64,000 nucleotides of DNA from Heteronotia binoei (Eukaryota): NCBI RefSeq assembly GCF_032191835.1, contig NC_083223.1:63674001-63738000 (forward strand), given 5' to 3'. The notes under the pieces are model-generated. The model ran no database searches. It worked only from the letters and a program-made list of their open reading frames with translations, and was not told the DNA's origin. Position numbers and translations under genes: made by a program. This document shows, in pieces, positions 24,563 through 36,410 of this stretch (its first letter is position 1; the number at the start of each line of letters is the position of its first letter).

Positions 24563-25567
24563 GGCTAATAGCCACTGATGGACCTCTGCTCCATATTTTT
24601 ATCTAACCCCTTCTTGAAGGTGGCTATGCTTGTGGACGCCACCACCTCCTGTGGCAGTGAATTCCACATGTTAATCACCCTTTGGGTGAAGAAGTACTTC
24701 CTTTTATCCGTTTTAACCTGTCTGCTCAGCAATTTCATCGAATGCCCACGAGTTCTTGTATTGTGAGAAAGGGAGAAAAGTACTTCTTTCTCTACTTTCT
24801 CCATCCCATGCATTATCTTGTAAACTTCTATCATGTCACCCCTCAGTCGACGTTTCTCCAAGCTAAAGAGCCCTAAGCGTTTCAACCTTTCTTCATAGGG
24901 AAGGTGTTCCAGCCCTTTAATCATTTTAGTTGCCCTTTTCTGAACTTTCTCCAATGCTATAATATCCTTTTTGAGGTGCGGCGAACAGAACTGCACACAG
25001 TACTCCAAATGAGACCGCACCATCGATTTATACAGAGGCATTATGATACTGGCTGATTTGTTTTCAATTCCCTTCCTAATAATTCCCAGCATGGCGTTGG
25101 CCTTTTTTATTGCAAACGCACACTGTCTTGACATTTTCAGTGAATTATCTACCATGACCCCAAGATCTCTCTCTTGGTCTGTCTCTGCCAGTTCACACCC
25201 CATCAACTTGTATTTGTAGCTGGGATTCTTGGCCCCAATGTGCATTACTTTGCACTTGGCCACATTGAACCGCATCTGCCACGTTGACGCCCACTCACCC
25301 AGCCTCAACAGATCCCTTTGGAGTTCCTCACAATCCTCTCTGGTTCTCACCACCCTGAACAATTTAGTGTCATCCGCAAATTTGGCCACTTCACTGCTCA
25401 CTCCCAACTCTAAATCATTTATGAACAAGTTAAAGAGGATGGGACCCAGTACCGAGCCCTGCGGCACCCCACTGCTTACCGTTCTCCACTGCGAAGACTG
25501 CCCATTTATACTCACTCTCTGCTTCCTATTACTCAGCCAGTTTTTGATCCACAAGAGGACCTGTCCT
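24432..25567 (-). mobile_element. CR1 LINE 3' 1.1 kb with an uninterrupted RT C-terminal ORF
   Basis: ORF 24565..25554 (SGVPQGSVLGPILF, KFADDTKLF, FNVAKCKVMH); (cttatgtt)n tail at 24432-24455. Confidence 0.96.
24519..24559. repeat. (TA)n(CA)n compound microsatellite inside the CR1 3' UTR
   Basis: Directly visible. Confidence 0.95.
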
Positions 25568-26004
25568 TAAAGAACGCTTCCCTTTCAGAAGTGCTTGTAG
25601 TTGTATATAAAAGAGTGCGTTTGAACATGTGTACATTGCTTTTATCCTAAGAACCACAAGCACTCTCAATGTATTAATTGTTGAGGTGGGTCTTCTGTGT
25701 GAAAGGGTATGATTTCTGAGCAGACCTGGATTTTAGTTCTTGACTTTAGAAAGTGAGCACCACTCTTAGAGTGATATCCTAAGCCAAGTTTATCCCCTTC
25801 TGAGTCTACTTAAGTCAGTGGGCTTAGAAGGATGAACTGCTTAGAAGCCCACTAAGTTCAGTGAACTTGGAATGGTATAGCTCTATTTAGGGGAATCCTG
25901 TGTATTCAGTGTTCTCACCAAGCCATTATTTGGGCTTTTCTTCTTTCGTGCTAAAAACATATTTGTAGAGGATACCCGTACCTTCCTGCTGTCATGATTG
26001 GTAT

Positions 26005-26436
26005 CCAGGGGTGGCTCTTGTCTGCTTTCTTCTCCCACTCTCTTGCTTCCTTCTACATCTCAACTTGCTTTGCAAGGCTTGCTCAATCACACAGGAGCTA
26101 CAGAGCAAAGCCTCTTTTTTCTCCATTGGTTGAGGCTCCTCCCCCTCCTGGTCCCATGGGAAGTGGGGGGGGGGGAAGAGCCAGAGCTTCCTTTACCCAG
26201 TTCCCTGGATCCCATGGGAGAAATACAAAGAAAGTACCTTTAAGACCACAAGTGTTAATGTTTTAAGCATGTTTTAAGTTAAAAAATTTTTTAGTTGTGT
26301 TTGTCTGTGTCATTTAAAAAGTTTATATCTCTGCTGATCTTAAATAGGTACACACATGGCCTGCCCGAACACAGCCCATCCCATCCCTCATTTATGTTGG
26401 ATCCGACCCTCATAACAAATGAGTTCAGCACCCCTG
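26005..26436 (+). mobile_element. hAT MITE related to the right end of 6213-8342
   Basis: 26250-26436 is similar to 8150-8342 and ends gcacccctg. The left boundary is uncertain. Confidence 0.55.
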
Positions 26437-26456
26437 CCCTATACTATACTGTAGGG

Positions 26457-26714
26457 CAGGGTAGCCAAACTTGTTTAACGTAAGTGCCACATAGTATAAA
26501 TGTCAGATGTTTAAGAGCTGCAAGACATGAACGTCAGGTGTTTGAGAGCCGGAAGGCAGGCAGGCAGGCAAATTGGAGGGGGGAGGGAGAGGTGGAAAGA
26601 AAGCAACTTTAAATGCACTCTCCAAGCCACCGGCTGGCTTGGCTTGGAGAAGTGGTTTAAAGAGACAAATGCCTTCTCCAAGTCAGCCAACAGGGTGGTG
26701 GAAGCTTCGAGAGC
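26457..26714 (+). mobile_element. hAT MITE (CAGGGGTAGCCAAAC family), right end replaced by CR1
   Basis: Colinear with 61888-62130. Confidence 0.75.
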
Positions 26715-27090
26715 ATTCAATGAAATTGCTGAGCAGTTGGGTTAAAATGGATAAAAGGAAGTACTTCTTCACCCATGTGGAATTCACTGCCATAGGAGGT
26801 GGCGGCAGGTACAAGCATAGCCAGCTTCAAGAGGAGATTGGATAAAAATATGGAGCAGAGGTCCATCAGTGGCTCTTAGCCACAGCATATTGTTGGAACT
26901 GTCTGGGGCAGTGAGGTTCTGTATTCTTGGTGCTTTGGTGGGGGGGGGGGCAAAGTGGAAGGGCTTTTAGTCCCACTTGTGAACTTCCTGATGGCACTTG
27001 GGGTTTTTTTTGGCCACTGTGTGTCACAGAGTGTTGGACTGGATGGGCCATTGGCCTGATCCAACATGGCTTCTCTTATGTTCTTATATT
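26715..27090 (+). mobile_element. Short CR1 3' fragment
   Basis: Matches 20160-20530 with a small internal deletion; cttatgttcttat tail. Confidence 0.9.
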
Positions 27091-27119
27091 CTTAAGAAAC
27101 TTGTGATTCATCTTTAGAT

Positions 27120-27480
27120 GTTTTTGGCATATGGGTTAATGCCTTTTGGTCCTCTATTCAGTGAGAATCAATTAGTAATCTGTTTTGCTGTTTGGGTACT
27201 GGAAAAAGGCTGTGTCCTTACTGGATGGACACACTTTTTTTGTTCCAAGATGGTTCTCCTTTTCTGTGGAATAGTAGTTTGTCTTCTTGTTTGTGGTTTG
27301 GAAGCTTTCTATAGGAACATTCTGATCATCTTTTTATATCTCTTTGAGAGAGGTCTGCCTGTCCTATCTGCACATTTTAGTGAAGTTTGCTTTAAGAACC
27401 CCCTTTGTGTGTGTGTAGTTTTTGGCACATATGGTTTGTTTGGTGTTGGTTTTTCCAAGTTTGTGAAAACAAAGTAATAA
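27120..27480 (-). mobile_element. Possible degraded Penelope GIY-YIG endonuclease fragment
   Basis: Minus strand ataggacaggcagacctctctcaaagagatataaaa resembles the YIGQTGRPLxxRIKEH motif after frameshift correction. Weak. Confidence 0.3.
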
Positions 27481-29295
27481 ATGTGATTGAAGAATAACTA
27501 GTTATCACTTCCATAAACATAATGAAAAGCAATTTGAGAGAGGATACACACAATGCTAATTAAGGGTTTTAATTTGTTAATTGCCATGGTTTCATTAGAG
27601 CCAGATGCTGATTATTAGCAGAAGACTTAATGGACCCTTTCAAGATAGTTTTTAGTGTTTACAATAAACTCATCAAAACTAGATCAAGATTGTTATGCAG
27701 TTTGTATGGCCAAGATTGAAAAGCTTAAATTTTTAAATGAAATATACTCATGAGTCAGAGTAGTTAGCTTGAGTGTGTGGAGATGGTGAGAAGAATCCAA
27801 TACAGATCTCTTTCAGGAGCTCTGTTCATGTATATTTCCCCCTATATAGTTTGTTATTTCTCCCCAACAAGTAATTATTCTAAAAAGGAAAAGGGGATGT
27901 TACATAAAACCAAACTGTGAATATTGCATTGTTTCTGCCTACAAAGTTAGTGATTTGTTTTTAAACTCTGAGGCAGCAGTGGATAGTTTTCACTTTGGGT
28001 GGTCCAGATATTACACTATGTTGTATGCTGAGTGGTGATAGGCGGTTATTCGGACCTGCTGGTCATTCGAACATTGTATAGTTATTGTAATGATAAAACC
28101 AGAAGGGCGTTATCCAGGGGTCCCCATACCTTTAAAGTCTGCAAGCACTTTTGGAATTGTGACACAGGATGGTGGGTGCAACAGTAAAATGGATCCTGCA
28201 GGCAGAAATTCTGTTTAATAGGATGCCTTTAAAATGAACATATTATTTAGAAATAGTTGCTTGCATACATACAGCTTACTTTCAGTCACACAGTGAAGAT
28301 CCTTGCACTGTGGTGGCAGCTGTTGCCAAGGCAATGCTTTTTCTCCTCTGAATCTGTTTGTCCAATCACATCTCTAGTGGCCAGTCAGAAGCCTTGCTGA
28401 ACAAATGCCTCACCTGGCCCTGGCCGCTTCCTAAAAAAACTCAGTGGGCACCAAGAAAGTTGTTGGCAGATGCTGTGGTGCCCACAGGCCCCCCACATTG
28501 GGGACCCCTGATAAAATATTTGGCGATTTGGGGATAAATGCAGTGATGTCCACAACCTTCTTATGGTAATCTTTCAGCCTCAATAATACCTTTATAATTA
28601 TTCTTGGGCAACGGGGAGCCCAGTGGCCCATGATGCACTGCCACCTCTTGAAGATGAGAGTAAACAGGCTTCTGCAGCCATGTTCACCTGGCTTGGGCAT
28701 CTGGCTTCTGGCAGCTGTGGTGGCTCCCACACACCTTGCACAAGATGAGGGCAGCTCCTTCTTTGGCTCCAGCAGGGGGCAAGTGATATGGTGGTAGTGA
28801 TTCTTGGGCCCTCTTCAGTTTTTAGCCCTAGGCCCCAGTATCACTAAGGCCACTCCTGAATAACTTGCTGTTGAATTTTCTGAATCAGATACAGGCTTCA
28901 TTCGGTCATATGCCAAAAAACATAACAGATGTCTGATTCTGTTGCTATGGGAAAGTTTTTTGCCTACATGTGAAAAATCAGTCCATTCTGCTGTATTCTA
29001 TGGAACAAATCTCAAAAACTAAAGCTCAGATTATTATTCTATGGCTGTGAAAAGCCTGTCCCTTCTCTCCCAACCTAGTCCTTGCATCCATTCCTTGGCA
29101 GCAGAATGCTAATTTGTCCATTTGCACTTAATTCAATATCAGTGAGTTTGTTTCATGTATGTGTGCCAATTCTGTGAAGTTGATGTTTTCTTATCTAAAG
29201 TTTATCAGATGTCTGCAAATCAGACTACAGAAAAGTTTGCTGGAATAATGTTCTTTAGAGTGTATTTTTTAACGGAAGAGCTGTTATTATTATTA

Positions 29296-29689
29296 TTGCC
29301 CTGTATGGCGAACTCTCCACCTGCCATCGAAATAGAGGGGCACCAAAGAAGAGGTACAAGGACTCCTTGAAGAAATCCCTTAGCACCTGTCACATCAACC
29401 ATCACCAGTGGTCTGACCTAGCCTCAGATCGCAAAGCATGGAGGCACACCATCCACCAGGCTGTCTCTTCCTTTGAGAACGCACGCATAGCTGGTCTTGA
29501 GGACAAAAGGAGATTGAGGAAGAATTGCACTGCTACAGGACCAACCCTAAATCAGACTTTTCCCTGCAGCCTCTGTGGCCGGACCTGCCTGTCCCACATT
29601 GGTCTTGTCAGCCACCAGCGAGCCTGCAGCAGACGTGGACTATTGCACCCTTCTTAAATCTTCGTTCGCGAAGCCAAGCCGAGAGAGAG
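29296..29689 (+). mobile_element. RTE-clade LINE 3' end (not BovB-type)
   Basis: Open frame 29298-29657 ALYGELSTCHRNRGAPKKRYKDSLK...WRHTIHQAV...FPCSLCGRTCLSHIGLVSHQRAC (C-terminal zinc finger), short 3' UTR and (GA)n tail. Confidence 0.88.
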
Positions 29690-29938
29690 CGAAAGAACCA
29701 TGATTTCAGCAGCTAGATTACTTGAAAATTAATTTGAGGGGTTTTTTTCTGTTTGTCCACTAGGAGGTGAATGTGGAAAGTATACAGGGAATATGGAAAA
29801 ACTTGATTTCTTTGTTGTTATACTTACAAATGTCTATTCCTGTGACAAACACTGCTGCTTATATCTGTATATAAATTATCTTAGATTAACATAGAAAGCA
29901 TTTTCAGTGATGCAAAACTACAAATGTTTTTATTTCAG

Positions 29939-30034
29939 ATTGATGCAACCGAAAAGACCAGTATTGCAGACAAATTAGTAAATTCGACTTCTGGATTAAA
30001 TATTCCTAAAGTAGAAGAAATGGTATTCTATAAG
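29939..30034 (+). CDS. PRIM2: PRIM2 coding exon 5 (96 nt; gene exon 6)
   Basis: IDATEKTSIADKLVNSTSGLNIPKVEEMVFYK; tttcag acceptor, gtgagt donor. The 32-codon length and terminal YK match the vertebrate exon. Confidence 0.92.
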
Positions 30035-30868
30035 GTGAGTGAGTAGGTAAATGTGCACTACAGGTGACTGTACGGTAAATGGACAATGTTGTTCTGTTTG
30101 TTATAACTTCAGATTTTCTCTTGGAAGATTTAGTGCCGCTGTTTTATATCGTAATTAATTTTAATTGGAGTTCTTGAATAAAATTTCTTTCAAGGGAAAT
30201 GGTGATTGAACCATTGTGCTGCAATTGTTAATATGTTGGCTAGGACCAGAGAGACCTGGCTTCAAATCCCTGCTTGCCATGAAACTTAACTGGGTAGCCT
30301 TGAGTCAGTTATTTTCTCTTTCAAACTCTTCTTGTGAACCTGGTTGTTGTGAGTATAAAATGGAGGAAGGGCAAACCATTTACTTCGCCCTGAGTAAAGT
30401 CAGGGTAAAAATGCACAAAGTATAATGATTCAGAACTTATATATGTGCAGATGAAATGCTTAACACTAGATGAAAACAGATGATTCATGTATTTTTTTAA
30501 AAAAAGCTTATAGGGAAGTAGCTTTGGTGGAAAAATTCTTGTTTGTAAGGAAAATAATCTCTCTCACCTTCTCTCCATCCTGTTCCTTAGTCTTACCAGT
30601 GAGCATGTTCAGCAGTGTACTGAAGCAGAAAATACACAGTATAGCGTTGAACTCAGGGCTTGATATGTGAACATATTTTCCCACAAAACAGTATTTTCTT
30701 CAGCCATGTTCCTTATGCATAAACCAATAGTGGTACTTTAGTTCTTGTGTTATGCAATTCTAAATGTTCTTGTTAAGGTCTATGTTTATTAGGTACATAG
30801 GATGGATCTATAGAACAGTCAGCGGAGCAGGTTCATGGGAATTTCTGCTCTTCCCACTATACCTCCCC

Positions 30869-31052
30869 ATCAATACTCCCTCTAAACGGTGGAGTCTTGT
30901 GAGCAAAAATTCTACTTCATGAGCTACTGGCATTAAAGTTGTGAGCTACTGCATAAATTAGTTTGCTCTGGGGACATTTTTCCTGAGCTAAGACCAAAAT
31001 GTGTGAGTCAGAACCTAAAAAACTGTGAGCTAGCTCAGCTTAGAGAACACTG
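30869..31052. mobile_element. Probable hAT MITE (CAGTGTTCCCTCTAA-type ends)
   Basis: caatactccctctaa ... ttagagaacactg degenerate inverted ends. Confidence 0.45.
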
Positions 31053-31611
31053 CTCCTGATCCAGAGTTATTCTTGAGGGCTTGATGACTTTAGGGAACAA
31101 TAGTCAATTTGGCATGGGATGGGGTGGTAATTTGAAGGGGGAACTTGCAGAAGTATTCCCCTCTCCTTTTGCAAGCTTTTCTACAACATGTACAAGGAGT
31201 GTTTGTGATTTCTGCTGTTTTCTCCATCTAGTGCACCCCACATAGTTCTTAGGATTTCTCTAATGCTCAATGGTTTTTCAGGGTCAAAATTCAAGAGGGT
31301 TACAGCAGAAAGAGGGGACTTCAAAAGCAGATTCTGTCAACTTGATCTGTTAATGATTCTGTAGTATCTGACCCATTTTCTTTATACTAGAATCCACAAT
31401 TTGAAATGGTATCTAAACAATTCTGGTACTTCAAACAATTTTTTCTAATTCATAAATGATGAACGTTTTATGTTAATTTCCTTAAGTTAAAAATTGGTTC
31501 TTCCATCAGGCCTCTCAGATTATTTTAATGTGCTTCATAGGTTTATTGGACTTGTATTTACTTGGGTAAATTTACTTATACTTTAAATCCACCTCTTCTT
31601 TTCAAATTCAG

Positions 31612-31749
31612 GTTCCTTTTTGTGATGCTGTAGATTTAGTTCGTGTAAGAAGAGTTTACTTCCATGGTGGCTGTGCTTATGTACCTCATCAAGATATTAT
31701 TACCATTGTCCTGAACAATTACAGAACAAAGCTGTCAAAAGCCCTGGCA
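31612..31749 (+). CDS. PRIM2: PRIM2 coding exon 6 (138 nt; gene exon 7); gene continues beyond the window
   Basis: VPFCDAVDLVRVRRVYFHGGCAYVPHQDIITIVLNNYRTKLSKALA; attcag acceptor, gtaagt donor. Confidence 0.97.
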
Positions 31750-31934
31750 GTAAGTTTTTTAATTTGTGATATGCTTTTGTGGTCTTTTATTTTCAGTTTA
31801 TAAATGCACCCAACCTGCAAAAGCTGATCAGAGTTAGGGTATAGGTTCATAGCTTATAACAACTGAAAAGTAGTTCAAATATTCAGAAGGATAAACTGCT
31901 TATCCTCAATAAAGTGCTACTGAGCCTAGCTGTA

Positions 31935-32330
31935 TAATAGATCCAGAGGAGTTAGCCGTGTTAGTCTGTTGCTGCAAAATAGAAACGAGTCCATTAGAAG
32001 AAGAAGATGATATTGGATTTATATCCCGCCCTCCACTCCGAAGCGTCTCAGAGCGGCTCACAATCTCCTTTACCTTCCTCCCCCACAACAAACACCCTGT
32101 GAGGTGGGTGGGGCTGGAGAGGGCTCTCACAGCAGCTGCCCTTTCAAGGACAACTTCTGCCAGAGCTATGGCTGACCCAAGGCCATTCCAGCAGGTGGAG
32201 GAGTGGGGAATCAAACCCGGTTCTCCCAGATAAGAGTCCGCACACTTAACCACTACACCAAACTGGCTCTCCTTTAAGACTAAAAAACGTTATTGTAGCA
32301 TAAGCTTTCGAGAAACACAGCTCTGACTTT
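31935..32330. mobile_element. Penelope-like terminus split by a SINE
   Basis: atccagaggagttagccgtgttagtctg...gagtccattag continues after the SINE as cctttaagactaa...ataagctttcg. Confidence 0.6.
31995..32272 (-). mobile_element. tRNA-derived SINE (Squam3-like), young
   Basis: Full length, near-identical to 62234-62518, (CTT)n tail. Confidence 0.9.
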
Positions 32331-33153
32331 ACTATTTAAAGACTGGACTCTGCTATTTAGCTGTATAATGTAAGAAGTGGCATTAGTGTTTTCCAGTAAC
32401 TTTTCCTGAACGGTCATAAAGTGTAATTGACATCTACTTTTTTTTTATTCTAATACCCTTTATAGGAAGTTTAACTTTAGGAAGTGACAGAGGGTAGAAA
32501 TATTAATGACAGTTTTAAAAACTGTCCTGTTAATCTGACAGTGTTGTTACTGCTTTACTGATGGTGGAAGATTCAAAGAATGGACTCTAGTTAAATGTAC
32601 ATGTAGCAAAATTTAGGGGTCATTGTCTTCATACTCTTGGGGGAGAACATGGGAAAGCAGGAATACATTCATTGCTTGTTGAATAGCTTGAATAATGCCT
32701 ACATATTTACACCTGGGTAAATATAAGGGCTCGAGACTTGTGTTTAGAATATTCTAAGAGTGGAAGTTGGTTCCCACTACTGGCCTTTGTTTCACAGTGG
32801 CTAGGGTCTCGGGATGAATGCAAGTATTGTATATAATACAAATGGGGCCCCACAATACTCATGGAGGAAATCTTATCCCCCCCTCACTTTCCCATCTAGC
32901 CTAGCATGTCACCTGCAGCCGCCAGGCCCATCATCTCCCCCCTGCTCTTGGCAGCTTGCTCAGACATGTTCCAGGTGGGCTCACCGAGACTTCCTTTCTC
33001 CCCTCCCTATTCTCAGTGGCTTGCTTGGAGCTGCTCCAGGTGGCCTTCCAGAGGCTTCCTTTCCCTCCTCTTGGCGGCTCACCCAGAGCTGCTCTGGATG
33101 GATTTGCTGAGGCTCCCTCCGCCAGTGCAACTCATGGTTTGTGCTGCTGCATT

Positions 33154-33383
33154 AAGAATAGTCCAGAAAAAAACTTTACATAAGCTGTTAACATTTCTCA
33201 TACAAAGTTGATGAAAATATCAAATGACCAACACAAACGATACACGTTTTGGCTTCAAAGGCCTTCCCCTGTTGTCAGTAGTACATAGTTTTTAGAAACA
33301 CATCTGGAAACTAAACAATATAAATCAACTTTGTATGGGAAATTTTAACAGCCTATGTAAAGTTTTTTCCCTGGACTATTCTT
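33154..33383. repeat. ~58-bp inverted repeat pair, probably a Penelope-type remnant
   Basis: 33154-33212 is the reverse complement of 33324-33383 with a few mismatches. Confidence 0.75.
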
Positions 33384-33539
33384 GATGTAGTCTGATATTC
33401 AGGTCCTGTGTTTTTAATTATATTATAATATATTCACCATAAAAATCAATATTTCTTTTTATATAAATTTTATTTGCTGTAGCTTGACCCTTGTAGCATT
33501 CTCAGTATATTTCAGGTTGAGTTTGTTTCTCCCTTCACC

Positions 33540-35650
33540 CTTGTTATTATTTATTCAATTTTTATACCACTGATGTCCTAAAGGCAGTGTATGACAACAT
33601 ACTAAAGCATAAAACAAACATACAGTTAAAAACATTAAAAGTGACAATAAAATGTCAATATAAATTCAAAATTAAGCAGATGGTGGTCAGAATTTCCAGT
33701 TGTGCTGCTGCGTTGCAGGGGATGAGGCAGTGAGAGTGCCAGCCAGATGGACACTGTCACTGTTCCTCCTGACCTGAGAGATATCAAGCTGTCCTTGACC
33801 AGAGCCAGGGCTTTTCTTGCCTTGGCCCCAACCTGGCAGAACATCTGTGCTTTACAAGCCCTGCGGAACTGCATCAGGTCCCTCAGGGCATGGATGTTAC
33901 TTGGCAGAGAGTCCCACCAGACTGGGGCCAGGGAATTAAAAGCTCTGGCTCTGGTGAAGGACAGCTTGCTATCTCTTGGGCCGGGAACCACAAACAAGTG
34001 CTTATCAGCTAACTGTGATGCTCTTCGTGGAGTATACCAGGAGAGTCGGACCTGAAGATATGTGGATTCCAGACCATTAAAGGCCTTGGAAGTGAGCACC
34101 AAGACCTTGAACCTGATCCAGTGCTCAACCAGTAACCAGTGCAGCTCACACAGCACAGGTCGAATATGTGCTGTTCATGGAATTCCTGTAAGGACCCGTG
34201 CCACTGCATTCTGGATCAGCTGCAGTTTCCAGGTTAGCCTTAAGGGCAGGCCTATATAGAGCAAGTTACAGTAGTTGAATTTGGAGGTGACAGTTGCGTA
34301 GATTACTGTGGTTAGGTCAGGGTGGGAAGATAAGGAGCTAGTTGCCTGACCTGGTGTAGCTGGAAGAATGCCAGTCTGACAGCATTTGTGATCTGGGCCT
34401 CCATTGATAAGAAGCAGGTTGAAGCTGAACCCAACTAAGACAGAGGTTCTGTGGCTGAGAGTGGGCTTTGGGTTTGGTGCCTAGATTACCCCCTCTTGAG
34501 GGGGTGCCACTGACACCAGTGCAATCTGTTAAGAGCTTGGATACTTCTTTGAATATGGAGGCCCAAGACATGCACATTACCAGGCTGGTATTCTTTACTC
34601 GGTAGTCTCATCAACTGGCCCCTTTCCTGTCATGCCCTGACCTAGCCACGGTAATCCATGCAATGGTCACCTCCAGATTAGACTACTGTAACTTGCTTTA
34701 TGCTGGCCTGCCCTTGAGATTGTCCTGGAAACCCCAACTTGTTCAGAATGTGGCGGCGCAAATCCTGACAGGAACATCACGGATGGCACATGTACATCCA
34801 GTGCTGTGCCAGATATACTGTCTCTCAGTGGATTACTGAGTCAAGTTCAAGGTCTTGGTTTTGACCTATAAAGCTTTGAATGGTCAGGGACCAAAGTTTC
34901 TATGGGACTGTCTATTTTGTTATGTCCCCAGGAGCGTGATGTGCTCCTCAGATAGCAACTTGCTGGTGGTCCCTGGCCCTAAAGACATCTGGTTGTTTTC
35001 AGCTAGGTCTAGGACCTTCTCTATGCCAAATTCCGTCATAGCCCTGAAGGACCTTATGCAGTTCTGCAGGGCGTGAAAGGCAGAGATGTTTCATCAAGCT
35101 TTTGGTTGAGGACAGTGATAGTTTTCATCTTGGCTGGCATCCTTCTCTGTTTTTCATGCTCGCTTTGTCTCCTTCCCCACTTCCCGCAAAGTGGGTGGCA
35201 GTCTGTAAATTTGGATAATTGATGCATCAATAGTCACCATCTGCTTTTATAATATAATATTTTTATCTGGTAAATGTTTTAATGTTACTGTATATTGCCT
35301 AGAGACCTGCAATAGCAAGGATTGGACGATTTACAAATCAAATTAATAATAGTAATATTAGTAGTAGTAGTAGTAATAATAATACCCAAGCTTTTGATAG
35401 TTGATGCTGGTGTTAAGGGCACACTGTCAAGAGCTGGGAGTTGGCACCCCAAACCTGAATCCTCCCAAACTTGATTTCTCCCTGCCCAGCAACAAAACAT
35501 CTGTCTTAGCAGGATTCAGTTTCAGCTAGCTCTGTTTTAACAATCTCACCACAGCCTCTAGCCCCTCAGCCAAAACAGCTGAGGTGGTATCCAGCTGGCT
35601 ACCCGTCAACAGATATTACAGCAAGGTGTCATCTGCATACTGATCACACC
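33540..35650 (-). mobile_element. L2 3' fragment (host) split by an antisense L2
   Basis: Segment 35386-35650 (QYADDT...LKLNPAKT...KSLG) continues into 33540-34405 (LLSMEAQ...LHWLLVEHWIRFKVLVL...APVWWDSLP). Confidence 0.7.
34410..35385 (+). mobile_element. 5'-truncated L2 nested antisense in the L2 above
   Basis: Starts RLKLNPTKTEVLWL and contains SRLDYCN, VQNVAAQ and FKVLVLTYKAL. Ends in an (AAT/AGT)n tail at 35341-35385. Confidence 0.72.
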
Positions 35651-36239
35651 CCAACCTGAAACTCTGCACCAGTTAAGCAAGAGTGTGCGTGTAGATTAGA
35701 CAGCATATTAAACATTGTTTTATTTTTAGATGATCAACCAGTACCTCTAATTAGGAGAACAATACTTTTAGTTGCAGAGAAATAAATTGCTCAAAAGTAC
35801 CAGGAAAACCTTTTTTCCTGCGCTTTCAGCTTGGTAAAAGAATTTGAGAAATAATGGTAATGGATAAAATATCTCAGTTGAAGAGAGTGTAAAAAGACCT
35901 GCCAAGTTTCTAAAGTTGGAATCACCTTTTTCCATTGTACACTGAAGCTTGTGTGAATATTAACATTGACTCCATTTTATCATTCTGAATAAGGACAAAG
36001 AACACTTAATATTATTTTGGTGAGGTTATTGAAAAATGGCATTGTTACATTCTGTTTACTGTTATTTCACTAGTGTGAAATAGGTTTTGAAAAAAACAAT
36101 AAAAAATTTATCACTGAGAACATAATTTTGGGATTAAAAAAAAAGAATTCCAGGATTTAGTAGCCCAGCATGTTATCCCAAAACAGCATCCATCACTGAT
36201 TTCATAGTCAGTCGTTTTCTTTACACTCAAATAGGAAAA

Positions 36240-36410
36240 ATCCAGGGGGGTAGCTGTGTTGGTCTGAAGCAGCAGAGCAATTAGAGTCCAATGGTGCCTT
36301 TAAGACCAACAAAGTTTTATTCAAGGTATGAGCTTTCATGGACATGCACACTTCCTCAGATCTTTGTTGGTATTAAAGGTTCCACTGGACTATAACTCTG
36401 TTCTACTAGG
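36240..36410 (-). mobile_element. Penelope-like terminal repeat with a hammerhead ribozyme motif
   Basis: The minus strand reads ctgagga-agtgtgcatgtccat-gaaagctc-atac. A short inverted duplication follows at 36363-36405. Confidence 0.65.

Noticed and set aside
25229-25570. Plus-strand ORFs opposite CR1 (also 40181..40570, 41588..42010)
   Set aside because: Antisense shadow frames of CR1 ORF2.
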